Below are positions 26,530-40,500 of a stretch of DNA of 64,000 nucleotides, one piece after another (position 1 is the stretch's first letter; every line of letters begins with the position of its first letter). The position numbers and the translations under genes were made by a program. The stretch is from positions 310,001-374,000 of the forward strand of contig CM082592.2 in NCBI GenBank assembly GCA_040954595.2, given 5' to 3'. This DNA comes from Balanoglossus misakiensis (Eukaryota > Animalia > Hemichordata). The notes under the pieces are model-generated. The model worked only from the letters and a program-made list of their open reading frames with translations, was not told the origin of the DNA and searched no databases.

Positions 26530-28184
26530 AAGAAAGAAAGAAAGAAAAACCCCAACGAAACCAATACGGGCCCAAGCCTGGCTTGGCTTGGGCCCGTAAG
26601 AAAGACGGAAAGAAAGAAAAATTCCAACGAAACCAATAGGGCCCAAGCGCTTGCGTGCGCTTGGGCCCTAATAAATTCTTTTCTTAGTTTCAAACGGGTA
26701 GAGATACTTTCCACACGGGTTTTCTAACATTGAATTCCCGTTCATCAACTCAGATTTCCTACAGCATAAGTCGGCTAAAACCCTGACACTCTAGAGCAGA
26801 AACAGTTGCACACTGGTAACGTTGAACAAGTCGATTTTTCTACGGCCTGGCTCCGCTAAATGTCCGTCACAATATGACAGACACTAGCGTACGTTAGCAA
26901 CGGTGATCAAGTCAGATTTTCTACGGCATGGCTTGGATAAAGCCCCGGCACTCTAGAGCAGAAACACGCGTACACAGACCACGTTGATCAAATCTGATCT
27001 CCTACGGCTTGGCTCGACTGAAACCCCGGCACACTATGACAGACACTAGCGTTCGTTAGCAACGTTGATTAAGTCAGATTTCCTACGGCATGGCTTGGCT
27101 AAAGCCCTGGCACTCTAGAGCAGAATCACGCGTACAGAGACCACGTTGATCTACTCACATTTCCTTCGGCCTGGCACGGCTGATGCCCCGGCACTATATA
27201 TAGGACACAGACTGACGTAAGTTAACAACGGTAATCACGTCGGGTTTCCTACGGCCTGGCTCAGCTGAAGCCCCGGCACTCTAGAGCAGAAACAGGCGTA
27301 CATTGACCACGTTGATAAAGTCAGATTTCCTACGGCGTGACTCGGCTGGTGCACCGGCTCTTTATGACACAGACTGGCGTAAGTTATCAACGGTGATTAC
27401 GTCGGATTTCCTACGGCCTGGTTTAGCTGAAGCCCCGGCACTTTAGAGCGGAAACACGCGTACATTGACCACGATGATCAAGTCAGATCTCCTACGGCCT
27501 GGCTCGACTAAAACCCCGGCACACCATGACAGACACTAGCGTTCGTTAGCAACGGTGATCAAGTCGGATTTCCTTCTGCCTGGCTCTGCAAAAGACCCGA
27601 CACTCTAGTACAAAGACGTTGGCTAAGTCGGGCAAACCGAAGAGGGAAAGTCACAGCGGGTCAACACTCGACATTTGTTCGGGTAGGACTGCATTATTGC
27701 CTGTCAATTTATAGAGAAAGCCCGAATTTAACCAGGGCGTTTCAAACACCGACGTTAGTTGGGGGCACGGCCTGCAGTACTGCCGGGTAAGCTGACATCG
27801 GCGTACCGCATATAATGTAGGGGGGGGGGGGGAACAGAACGGTTCAATACTACATTTACTAGATATCAGCTAATTTTGGACAATAATCTAAAATCTAAAT
27901 CATTTTTTCATATTTGGATATCTGATGATGTATGTAATTTCCATTATATGTAAAAATGGTGCTGATTATAAAAATGCACTCTGAATGAGCTGATTTAATA
28001 CAAAATTGCGTTTTATTCGTTTTTGCACCAAAAAGGTCATTTTTAGGCAAAACATTCTTTATTTTTTTAATTCGGTGACCTGATCATATATAAACAATTG
28101 CTTGTATGTTAAAAGTTTTTATGACTTTTAAAAGCAGTGACACTGGCGGCATTCAACACGAAAATAACAATTTTAGCCACAATT

Positions 28185-28520
28185 TGTATGGAGAAGTGAG
28201 AGATTTACTCCAGAAGGATCACGTGACGGAAACTCTTACCCTATCAGAGTTGACTTTGTTTCCCGCCAAACTTTATACTTGTAGCAGATTTATAGTAATT
28301 TTTGAGTGTTTGCTCCGGCGTTCGTGGGACTTATATATAACCCAGTTTGGGCGCTTTCGGGCAGCATTTTGTAAGGAGCTCTGTGGTGTTACTTTGTTGT
28401 TGGATTCAGATGGTAATAAACCAGTGTTTTACCTAGCACTGAATCGTTCGCTTCTTTTCCGACGTCAGTATACTCGAACCCCCTCCCGGGAGTATTGATC
28501 ACTGCCACGATACTTCGCCA
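28185..28520 (+). mobile_element. BEL/Pao solo LTR
   Basis: TG...CA ends with a 5-bp TSD reading of CAATT (28180-28184, 28521-28525). The last ~200 bp match the LTR that precedes the PBS and BEL gag at 62788-62991. Contains TATATAA and AATAAA. The 3' end is ambiguous by 2 bp. Confidence 0.88.
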
Positions 28521-31500
28521 CAATTTGGTCAAAATGGTAATTTTTTGAAAATTACAAAAAATACCTGTTTTCTACATTTTCAGAAATCTGATGGAGTATA
28601 GAATACTCTTCGTATGTATATATCGATACAAATTCCACAAAAGACCGTCTAATTTGGCTCACTGCAGACAAAATTGCGTTTTACCAAATTTTCCTTGAAA
28701 ATGTCATTTTTTGAAAAAAAAAATAAAAAAACCTTTGTTTTTCGAATTTGGTGCCCTGATCATATATGACATGTTGATTGTATGTTAAGACTTTCGACCA
28801 CTCCAAAAATGCAGAGATATTGACGGAATTCAAGAAAAAAAATAGCCATTTTGGCCATATTTTGACAAAAATGGTAAATTTTTAAAAAAATCATAAAAAA
28901 ATAACTCTTTTCTTATTTTTTCGGGAATATTATGGAGCATGAAGTGTCGTTCTCTTGTAAAAAGTGCTGCAAATTCCAGAAAAGGCGGTATAATTTAAAT
29001 CACCCAAGACAAAATTACCATTTTCGACTTTTTTTCGAAAAATTGTCTTTTTTACAAAATAAATAAGAATAAATTCTTTTCTTAGTTTCAAACGGGTAGA
29101 GATACTTTCCACACGGGTTTTCTAACATTGAATTCCCGTTCATCAACTCAGTTTTCCTACAGCATAAGTCGGCTAAAACCCTGACACTCTAGAGCAGAAA
29201 CAGTTGCACACTGGTAACGTTGAACAAGTCGATTTTTCTACGGCCTGGCTCCGCTAAATGTCCGTCACAATATGACAGACACTAGCGTACGTTAGCAACG
29301 GTGATCAAGTCAGATTTTCTACGGCATGGCTTGGATAAAGCCTCGGCACTCTAGAGCAGAAACACGCGTACAGAGACCACGTTGATCAAATCTGATCTCC
29401 TACGGCTTGGCTCGACTAAAACCCCGGCGTACTATGACAGACACTAGCGTTCGTTAGCAACGTTGATCAAGTCAGATTTCCTACGGCATGGCTTGGCTAA
29501 AGCCCTGGCACTCTAGAGCAGAAACACGCGTACAGTGACCACGTTGATCTACTCACATTTCCTTCGGCCTGGCACGGCTGATGCCCCGGCACTATATATA
29601 GGACACAGACTGGCGTAAGTAAACAACGGTAATCACGTCGGGTTTCCTACGGCCTGGCTCAGCTGAAGCCCCGGCACTCTAGAGCAGAAACAGGCGTACA
29701 TTGACCACGTTGATCAAGTCAGATTTCCTACGGCGTGACTCGGCTGGTGCACCGGCTCTATATGACACAGACTGGCGTAAGTTATCAACGGTGATTACGT
29801 CGGATTTCCTACGGCCTGGTTTAGCTGAAGCCCCGGCACTTTAGAGCGGAAACACGCGTACATTGACCACGATGATCAAGTCAGATCTCCTACGGCCTGG
29901 CTCGACTAAAACCCCGGCACACCATGACAGACACTAGCGTTCGTTAGCAACGGTGATCAAGTCGGATTTCCTTCGGCCTGGCTCTGCAAAAGACCCGACA
30001 CTCTAGTGCAAAGACGTTGGCTAAGTCGGGCAAACCGAAGAGGGAAAGTCACAGCGGGTCAACACTCGACATTTGTTCGGGTAGGACTGCATTATTGCCT
30101 GTCAATTTATAGAGAAAGCCCGAATTTAACCAGGGCGCTTCAAACACCGACATTAGTTGGGGGCACGGCCTGCAGTACTGCCGGGTAAGCTCACATCGGC
30201 GTACCGCATATAATGTAGGGGGGGGGGGAAACAGAACGGTTCAATACTACATTTATTAGATATCAGCTAATTTTGGACAATCATCTAAAATCTAAATCAT
30301 TTTTTCATATTTGGATATCTGATGATGTATGAAATTTCCATTATATGTAAACATGGTGCTGATTATAAAAAATGCACTCTGAATGAGCTGATTTAATACA
30401 AAATTGCGTTTTATTCGTTTTTGCACCAAAAAGGTCATTTTTAGGCAAAACATTCTTTATTTTATTAATTCGGTGACCTGATCATATATAAACAATTGCT
30501 TGTATGTTAAAAGTTTTTATGACTTTTAAAAGCAGTGACACTGGCGGCATTCAACTCGAAAATAACAATTTTAGCCACAATTTGGTCAAAATGGTAAATT
30601 TTTGAAATTTACAAAAAATACCTGTTTTCTACATTTTCGGAAATCTGATGGAGTATAGAATGCTCTTCGTATGTATATATCGATACAAATTCCACAAAAG
30701 ACCGTCTAATTTGGCTCACTGCAGACAAAATTGCGTTTTACCAAATTTTTCTTGAAAATGTCATTTTTAGAAAAAAAAATAAAAAAACCTTTGTTCTTCG
30801 AATTTGGTGCCCTGATCATATATGACATGTTGATTGTATGTTAAAACTTTCGACCACTCCAAAAATGCAGAGATATTGACGGAATTCAAGACAAAATAGC
30901 CATTTTGGCCATATTTTGACAAAAATGGTAAATTTTTAAAAAATCTTAAAAAATTAACTCTTTTCTTCATTTTCGGAAATATTATGGAGCATGAAGTGTC
31001 GTTCTCTTGTAAAAAGTGCTGCAAATTCCAGAAAAGGCGGTATAATTTGAATCACCCAAGACAAAATTACCGTTTTCGACTTTTTTCGAAAAATTGTCTT
31101 TTTTACAAAATAAATAAGAATAAATTCTTTTCTTAGTTTCAAACGGGTAGAGATACTTTCCACACGGGTTTTCTAACATTGAATTCCCGTTCATCAACTC
31201 AGATTTCCTACAGCATAAGTCGGCTAAAACCCTGACACTCTAGAGCAGAAACAGTTGCACACTGGTAACGTTGAACAAGTCGATTTTTCTACGGCCTGGC
31301 TCGGCTAAATCTCCGTCACAATATGACAGACACTAGCGTACGTTAGCAACGGTGATCAAGTCAGATTTTCTACGGCATGGCTTGGATAAAGCCCCGGCAC
31401 TCTAGATCACAAACACGCGTACAGAGACCACGTTGATCAAGTCTGATCTCCTACGGCTTGGCTCGACTAAAACCCCGGCACACTATGACAGACACTAGCG

Positions 31501-34500
31501 TTCGTTAGCAACGTTGATCAAGTCAGATTTCCTACGGCATGGCTTGGCTAAAGCCCTGGCACTCTAGAGCAGAAACACGCGTACAGAGACCACGTTGATC
31601 TACTCACATTTCCTTCGGCCTGGCATGGCTGATGCCCCGGCACTATATATAGGACACAGACTGGCGTAAGTTAACAACGGTAATCACGTCGGGTTTCCTA
31701 CGGCCTGGCTCAGCTGAAGCCCCGGCACTCTAGAGCTGAAACAGGCGTACATTGACCACGTTGATCAAGTCAGATTTCCTACGGCGTGACTCGGCTGGTG
31801 CACCGGCTCTATATGCCACAGACTGGCGTAAGTTATCAACGGTGATTACGTCGGATTTCCTACGGCCTGGTTTAGCTGAAGCCCCGGCACTTTAGAGCGG
31901 AAACACGCGTACATTGACCACGATGATCAAGTCAGATCTCCTACGGCCTGGCTCGACTAAAACCCCGGCACACCATGACAGACACTAGCGTTCGTTAGCA
32001 ACGGTGATCAAGTCGGATTTCCTTCGGCCTGGCTCTGCAAAAGACCCGACACTCTAGTACAAAGACGTTGGCTAAGTCGGGCAAACCGAAGAGGGAAAGT
32101 CACAGCGGGTCAACACTCGACATTTGTTCGGGTAGGACTGCATTATTGCCTGTCAATTTATAGAGAGAACCCGAATTTAACCAGGGCGTTTCAAACACCG
32201 ACGTTAGTTGGGGGCACGGCCTGCAGTACTGCCGGGTAAGCTGACATCGGCGTACCGCATATAATGTAGGGGGGGGGGGGGGAACAGAACGGTTCAATAC
32301 TACATTTATTAGATATCAGCTAATTTTGGACAATCATCTAAAATCTAAATCATTTTTTCATATTTTGATATCTGATGATGTATGAAATTTCCATTATATG
32401 TAAAACTGGTGCTGATCATAAAAAATGCACTCTGATTTAATACAAAATTGCGTTTTATTCGTTTTTGCACCAAAAAGGTCATTTTTAGGCAAAACATTCT
32501 TTATTTTTTTTTAATTCGGTGACCTGATCATATATAAACAATTGCTTGTATGTTTAAAGTTTTTATGACTTTTAAAAGCAGTGACACTGGCGGCATCAAA
32601 CACGAAAATAACAATTTTAGCCACAATTTGGTCAAAATGGTAAATTTTTGAAAATTACAAAAAATACCTGTTTTCTACATTTTCGGAAATCTGATGGAGT
32701 ATAGAATGCTCTTCGTATGTATATATCGATACAAATTCCACAAAAGACCGTCTAATTTGGCTCACTGCAGACAAAATTGCGTTTTACCAAATTTTCCTTG
32801 AAAATGTCATTTTTAGAAGAAAAAAAAATATAAAAACCTTTGTTCTTCGAATTTGGTGCCCAGATCATATATGACATGTTGATTATATGTTAAAACTTTC
32901 GACCACTCCAAAAATGCAGAGATATTGACGGAATTCAAGACAAAATAGCCATTTTGGCCATATTTTGACAAAAATGGTAAATTTTTAAAAACTCATAAAA
33001 AATTAACTCTTTTCTTCATTTTCGGAAATATTATGGAGCATGAAGTGTCGTTCTCTTGTAAAAAGTGCTGCAAATTCCAGAAAAGGCGGTATAATTTGAA
33101 TCACCCAAGACAAAATTACCATTTTCGACTTTTTTTCGAAAAATTGTCTTTTTTTACAAAATAAATAAGAATAAATTATTTTCTTAGTTTCAAACGGGTA
33201 GAGATACTTTCCACACGGGTTTTCTAACATTGAATTCCCATTCATCAACTCAGGTTTCCTACAGCATAAGTCGGCTAAAACCCTGACACTCTAGAGCAGA
33301 AACAGTTGCACACTGGTAACGTTGAACAAGTCGATTTTTCTACGGCCTGGCTCGGCTAAATCTCCGTCACAATATGACAGACACTAGCGTACGTCAGCAA
33401 CGGTGATCAAGTCAGATTTTCTACGGCATGGCTTGGATAAAGCCCCGGCACTCTGGAGCAGAAACACGCGTACAGAGACCACGTTGATCAAGTCTGATCT
33501 CCTACGGCTTGGCTCGACTAAAACCCCGGCATACTATGACAGACACACGCGTTCGTTAGCAACGTTGATCAAGTCAGATTTCCTACGGCATGGCTTGGCT
33601 AAAGCCCTGGCACTCTAGAGCAGAAACACGCGTACAGAGACCACGTTGATCGAGTTAGATTTCCTACGGCGTGACTCGGCTGGTGCACCGGCTCTATATG
33701 ACACAGACTGGCGTAAGTTATCAACGGTGATTACGTCGGATTTCCTACGGCCTGGTTTAGCTGAAGCCCCGGCACTTTAGAGCGGAAACACGCGTACATT
33801 GACCACGTTGATCAAGTCTGATCTCCTACGGCTTGGCTCGACTAAAACCCCGGCATACTATGACAGACACACGCGTTCGTTAGCAACGTTGATCAAGTCA
33901 GATTTCCTACGGCATGGCTTGGCTAAAGCCCTGGCACTCTAGAGCAGAAACACGCGTACAGAGACCACGTTGATCTACTCACATTTCCTTCGGCCTGGCA
34001 CGGCTGATGCCCCGGCACTATATATAGGACACAGACTGGCGTAAGTTAACAACGGTAATCACGTCGGGTTTCCTACGGCCTGGCTCAGCTGAAGCCCCGG
34101 CACTCTAGAGCAGAAACAGGCGTACATTGACCACGTTGATCAAGTCAGATTTCCTACGGCGTGACTCGGCTGGTGCACCGGCTCTATATGACACAGACTG
34201 GCGTAAGTTATCAACGGTGATTACGTCGGATTTCCTACGGCCTGGTTTAGCTGAAGCCCCGGCACTTTAGAGCGGAAACACGCGTACATTGACCACGATG
34301 ATCAAGTCAGATCTCCTACGGCCTGGCTCGACTAAAACCCCGGCACACCATGACAGACACTAGCGTTCGTTAGCAACGGTGATCAAGTCGGATTTCCTTC
34401 GGCCTGGCTCTGCAAAAGACCCGACACTCTAGTACAAAGACGTTGGCTAAGTTGGGCAAACCGAAGAGGGAAAGTCACAGCGGTTCAACACTTGACATTT

Positions 34501-37500
34501 GTTCGGGTAGGACTGCATTATTGCCTGTCAATTTATAGAGAGAGCCCGAATTTAACCAGGGCGTTTCAAACACCGACGTTAGTTGGGGGCACGGCCTGCA
34601 GTACTGCCGGGTAAGCTGACATCGGCGTACCGCATATAATGTAGGGGGGGGGGGGGGGAACAGAACGGTTCAATACTACATTTATTAGATATCAGCTAAT
34701 TTTGGACAATCATCTAAAATCTAAATCATTTTTTCATATTTTGATATCTGATGATGTATGAAATTTCCATTATATGTAAAAATGGTGCTGATTATAAAAA
34801 ATGCACTCTGATTTAATACAAAATTGCGTTTTATTCGTTTTTGCACCAAAAAGGTCATTTTTAGGCAAAACATTCTTTATTTTTTTTTAATTCGGTGACC
34901 TGATCATATATAAACAATTGCTTGTATGTTTAAAGTTTTTATGACTTTTAAAAGCAGTGACACTGGCGGCATCAAACACGAAAATAACAATTTTAGCCAC
35001 AATTTGGTCAAAATGGTAATTTTTTGAAAATTACAAAAAATACCTGTTTTCTACATTTTCGGAAATCTGATGGAGTATAGAATGCTCTTCGTATGTATAT
35101 ATCGATACAAATTCCACAAAAGACCGTCTAATTTGGCTCACTGCAGACAAAATTGCGTTTTACCAAATTTTCCTTGAAAATGTCATTTTTAGAAGAAAAA
35201 AAAATATAAAAACCTTTGTTCTTCGAATTTGGTGCCCTGATCATATATGACATGTTGATTATATGTTAAAACTTTCGACCACTCCAAAAATGCAGAGATA
35301 TTGACGGAATTCAAGACAAAATAGCCATTTTGGCCATATTTTGACAAAAATGGTAAATTTTTAAAAACTCATAAAAAATTAACTCTTTTCTTCATTTTCG
35401 GAAATATTATGGAGCATGAAGTGTCGTTCTCTTGTAAAAAGTGCTGCAAATTCCAGAAAAGGCGGTATAATTTGAATCACCCAAGACAAAATTACCATTT
35501 TCGACTTTTTTTCGAAAAATTGTCTTGTTTTACAAAATAAATAAGAATAAATTATTTTCTTAGTTTCAAACGGGTAGAGATACTTTCCACACGGGTTTTC
35601 TAACATTGAATTCCCGTTCATCAACTCAGATTTATTACAGCACAAGTCGGCTAAAACCCTGACACTCTAGAGCAGAAACAGTTGCACACTGGTAACGTTG
35701 AACAAGTCGATTTTTTACGGCCTGGCTCGGCTAAATCTCCGTCACAATACGACAGACACTAGCGTACGTTAGCAATGTTGATCAAGTCAGATTTCCTACG
35801 GCATGGCTTGGCTAAAGCCCCGGCACTCTAGAACAGAAACACGCTTACAGAGACCACGTTGATCAAGTCTGATCTCCTACGGCTTGGCTCGACTAAAACC
35901 CCGGCACACTATGACAGACACTAGCGTTCGTTAGCAATGTTGATCAAGTCAGATTTCCTACGGCATGGCTTGGCTAAAGCCCTGGCACCCTAGAGCAGAA
36001 ACACGAGTACAGAGACCACGTTGATCTACTCACATTTCCTTCGGCCTGGCACGGCTGATGCCCCGGCACTATATATAGGACACAGACTGGCGTAAGTTAA
36101 CAACGGTAATCACGTCGGGTTTCCTACGGCCTGGCTCAGCTGAATCCCCGGCACTCTAGAGCAGAAACAGGCTTACATTGACCACGTTGATCAAGTCAGA
36201 TTTCCTACGGCGTGACTTGGCTGGTGCACCGGTTCTATATGACACAGACTGGCGTAAGTTATCAACGGTGATTACGTCGGATTTCCTACGGCCTGGTTTA
36301 GCTGAAACCCCGGCACTTTAGAGCGGAAACACGCGTACATTGACCACGATGATCAAGTCAGATCTCCTACGGCCTCGCTCGACTAAACCCCGGCACACCA
36401 TGACAGACACTAGCGTTCGTTAGCAACGGTGATCAAGTCGGATTTCCTTCGGCCTGGCTCTGCAAAAGACCCGACACTCTAGTACAAAGACGTTGGCTAA
36501 GTCGGGCAAACCGAAGAGGGAAAGTCACAGCGGGTCAACACTCGACATTTGTTCGGGTAGGACTGCATTATTGCCTGTCAATTTATAGAGAAAGCCCGAA
36601 TTTAACCAGGGCGTTCAAACACCGACGTTAGTTGGGGGCACGGCCTGCAGTACTGCCGGGTAAGCTGACATCGGCGTACCGCATATAATGTAGGGGGGGG
36701 GGGGGAACAGAACGGTTCAATACTACATTTATTAGATATCAGCTAATTTTGGACAATCATCTTAAATCTAAATCATTTTTTCATATTTGGATATCTGATG
36801 ATGTATGAAATTTCCATTATATATAAAAATGGTGCTGATTATAAAAAATGCACTCTGAATGAGCTGATTTAATACAAAATTGCGTTTTATTCGTTTTTGC
36901 ACCAAAAAGGTCATTTTTAGGCAAAACATTCTTTATTTTTTTTAAATTCGGTGACCTGATCATATATAAACAATTGCTTGTATGTTAAAAGTTTTTATGA
37001 CTTTTAAAAGCAGTGACACTGGCGGCATTCAACACGAAAATAACAATTTTAGCCGTAATTTGGTCAAAATGGTAAATTTTTGAAAATTACAAAAAATACC
37101 TGTTTTCTACATTTTCGGAAATCTGATGGAGTATAGAATGCTCTTCGTATGTATATATCGATACAAATTCCACAAAAGACAATCTAATTTGGCTCACTGC
37201 AGACAAAATTGCGTTTTACCAAATTTTACTTGAAAATGTCATTTTTAGAAAAAAAACTAAAAAAACCTTTGTTATTCGAATTTGGTGCCCAGATCAAATA
37301 TGACATGTTGATTGTATGTTAAAACTTTCGACCACTCCAAAAATGCAGAGATATTGACGGAATTCAAGAAAAAATAGCCATTTTGGCCATATTTTGACAA
37401 AAATAGTAAACTCTTTTCTTCATTTTCCGAAATATTATGGAGCATGAAGTGTCGTTCTCTTGTAAAAAGTGCTGCAAATTCCAGAAAAGGCGGTATAATT

Positions 37501-40500
37501 TGAATCACCCAAAACAAAGTTACCATTTTCGACTTTTTTTCGAAAAATTGTGTTTTTTACAAAATAAATAAGAATAAATTCTTTTCTTAGTTTCAAACGG
37601 GTAGAGATACTTTCCACACGGGTTTTCTAACAATGAATTCCCTTTAATCAACTCAGATTTCCTACAGCATAAGTCGGCTAAAACCCTGACACTCTAGAGC
37701 AGAAACAGTTGCACACTGGTAACGTTGAACAAGTCGATTTTTCTACGGCCTGGCTCGGCTAAATCTCCGTCACATTATGACAGACACTAGCGTACGTTAG
37801 CAACGGTGATCAAGTCAGATTTTCTACGGCATGGCTTGGATAAAGCCCCGGCACTCTAGAGCAGAAACACGCGTACAGAGACCACGTTGATCAAGTCTGA
37901 TCTCCTACGGCTTGGCCCGACTAAAACCCCGGCACACTATGACAGACACTAGCGTTCGTTAGCAACGTTGATCAAGTCAGATTTCCTACGGCATGGCTTG
38001 GCTGAAGCCCTGGCACTCTAGAGCAGAAACACGCGTACAGAGACCACGATGATCTACTCACATTTCCTTCGGCCTGGCACGGCTGATGCCCCGGCACTAT
38101 ATATAGGACACAGACTGGCGTAAGTTAACAACGGTAATCACGTCGGGTTTCCTTCGGCCTGGCTCAGCTGAAGCCCCGGCACTCTAGAGCAGAAACAGGC
38201 GTACATTGACCACGTTGATCAAGTCAGATTTCCTACGGCGTGACTCGGCTGGTGCACCGGCTCTATATGATACAGACTGGAGTAAGTTATCAACGGTGAT
38301 TACGTCGGATTTCCTACGGCCTGGTTTAGCTGAAGCCCCGGCACTTTAGAGCGGAAACACGCGTACATTGACCACGATGATCAAGTCAGATCTCCTACGG
38401 CCTGGCTCGACTAAAACCCCGGCACACCATGACAGACAATAGCGTTCGTTAGCAACGGTGATCAAGTCGGATTTCCTTCGGCCTGGCTCTGCAAAAGACC
38501 CGACACTCTAGTACAAAGACGTCGGCTAAGTCGGGCAAACCGAAGAGGGAAAGTCACAGCGTGTCAACACTCGACATTTGTTCGGGTAGGACTGCATTAT
38601 TGCCTGTCAATTTATAGAGAAAGCCCGAATTTAACCAGGGCGTTTCAAACACCGACGTTAGTTGGGGGCACGGCCTGCAGTACTGCCGGGTAAGCTGACA
38701 TCGGCGTACCGCATATAATGTAGGGGGGGGGGGGACAGAACGGTTCAATACTACATTTATTAGATATCAGCTAATTTTGGACAATCATCTAAAATCTAAA
38801 TCATTTCTTCATATTTGGATATCTGATGATGTATGAAATTTCCATTATATGTAAAAATGGTGCTGATTATAAAAAATGCACTCTGATTTAATACAAAATT
38901 GCGTTTTATTCGTTTTTGCACCTAAAAGGTCATTTTTAGGCAAAACATTCTTTATTTTTTTAATTCGGTGACCTGATCATATATAAAGAATTGCTTGTAT
39001 GTTAAAATTTTTGATGACTTTTAAAATCAGTGACACTGGCGGCATTCAACACGAAAATAAACATTTTAGCCACAATTTGGTCAAAATGGTAAATTTTTGA
39101 AAATTACAAAAAATACCTGTTTTCTACATTTTCGGAAATCTGATGGAGTATAGAATGCTCGTCGTATGTATATATCGATACAAATTCCACAAAAGACCGT
39201 CTAATTTGGCTCACTGCAGACAAAATTGCGTTTTACCAAATTTTCCTTGAAAATGTCATTTTTAGAAAAAAAATAAAAAAACCTTTGTTCTTCGAATTTG
39301 GTGCCCTGATCATATATGACATGTTGATTGTATGTTAAAACTTTCGACCACTCCAAAAATGCAGAGATATTGACGGAATTCAAGAAAAAATAGCCATTTT
39401 GGCCATATTTTGACAAAAATGGTAATTTTGTAAAAAATCATAAAACATTATCTCTTTTCTTCATTTTCGGAAATATTATGGAGCATGAAGTGCCGTTCTC
39501 TTGTAAAAAGTGCTGCAAATTCCAGAAAAGGCGGTATAATTTGAATCACCCAAGACAAAATTACCATTTTCGACTTTTTTTCGAAAAATTGTCTTTTTTT
39601 ACAAAATAAATAAGAATAAATTCTTTTCTTAGTTTCAAACGGGTAGAGATACTTTCCACACGGTTTTTCTAACATTGAATTCCCGTTCATCAACTCAGAT
39701 TTCCTACAGCACAAGTCGGCTAAAACCCTGACACTCTAGAGCAGAAACACGCGTACATTGACCACGATGATCAAGTCAGATCTCCTACGGCCTGGCTCGA
39801 CTAAAACCCCGGCACACCATGACAGACACTAGCGTACGTTAGCAACGGTGATCAAGTCATATTTTCTACGGCATGGCTTGGATAAAGCCCCGGCACTCTA
39901 GAGCAGAAACACGCGTACAGAGACCACGTTGATCAAGTCTGATCTCCTACGGCTTGGCTCGACTAAAACCCCGGCACACTATGACAGACACTAGCGTTCG
40001 TTAGCAACGTTGATCAAGTCAGATTTCCTACGGCATGGCTTGGCTAAAGCCCTGGCACTCTAGAGCAGAAACACGCGTACAAAGACCACGTTGATCTACT
40101 CACATTTCCTTCGGCCTGGCACGGCTGATGCCCCGGCACTATATATAGGACACAGACTGGCGTAAGTTAACAACGGTAATCACGTCGGGTTTCCTACGGC
40201 CTGGCTTAGCTGAAGCCCCGGCACTCTAGAGCAGAAACAGGCGTACATTGACCACGTTGATCAAGTCAGATTTCCTACGGCGTGACTCGGCTGGTGCACC
40301 AGCTCTATATGACACAGACTGGCGTAAGTTATCAACGGTGATTACGTCGGATTTCCTACGGCCTGGTTTAGCTGAAGCCCCGGCACTTTAGAGCGGAAAC
40401 ACGCGTACATTGACCACGATGATCAAGTCAGATCTCCTACGGCCTGGCTCGACTAAAACCCCGGCACACCATGACAGACACTAGCGTTCGTTAGCAACTG

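Larger units (their letters stand above)
22982..26598. mobile_element. HINE-like element B (middle, different subfamily; body 22982-25056, tail 26530-26598)
   Basis: Second head TAAAGCTGCAAGCAGCATTGTCCGGGCCCAAGC, ~237-bp central repeats (23135, 23372, 23609) and a variant hairpin TACGGGCCCAAGCC-TGGCTT-GGCTTGGGCCCGTA. Confidence 0.7.
21572..26670. mobile_element. Non-autonomous HINE/Helentron-like element A (outer; body 21572-22981, tail 26599-26670)
   Basis: Interrupts the satellite at AAGAAT|AAATTCTTTTC. It has a head TAAAGCTGCAAGCAGCATTGTCGGGCCCAAGCGC, internal tandem repeats, a (GAAA)n microsatellite and a terminal hairpin TAGGGCCCAAGCGC-TTGCGT-GCGCTTGGGCCCTA. The architecture matches HINE/DINE-1/pearl-type elements; the class is inferred. 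Confidence 0.7.

Noticed and set aside
28106-28498. 130-aa ORF
   Set aside because: Chance read-through from the satellite into the non-coding solo LTR.
33403-33618. 81 bp = 27 codons, so a possible tandem-repeat protein (LIKSDFLRHG...)
   Set aside because: Nearly every monomer has in-frame TAG stops and some have a 4-bp indel. The 71-aa ORF exists only because two stops mutated in one unit.
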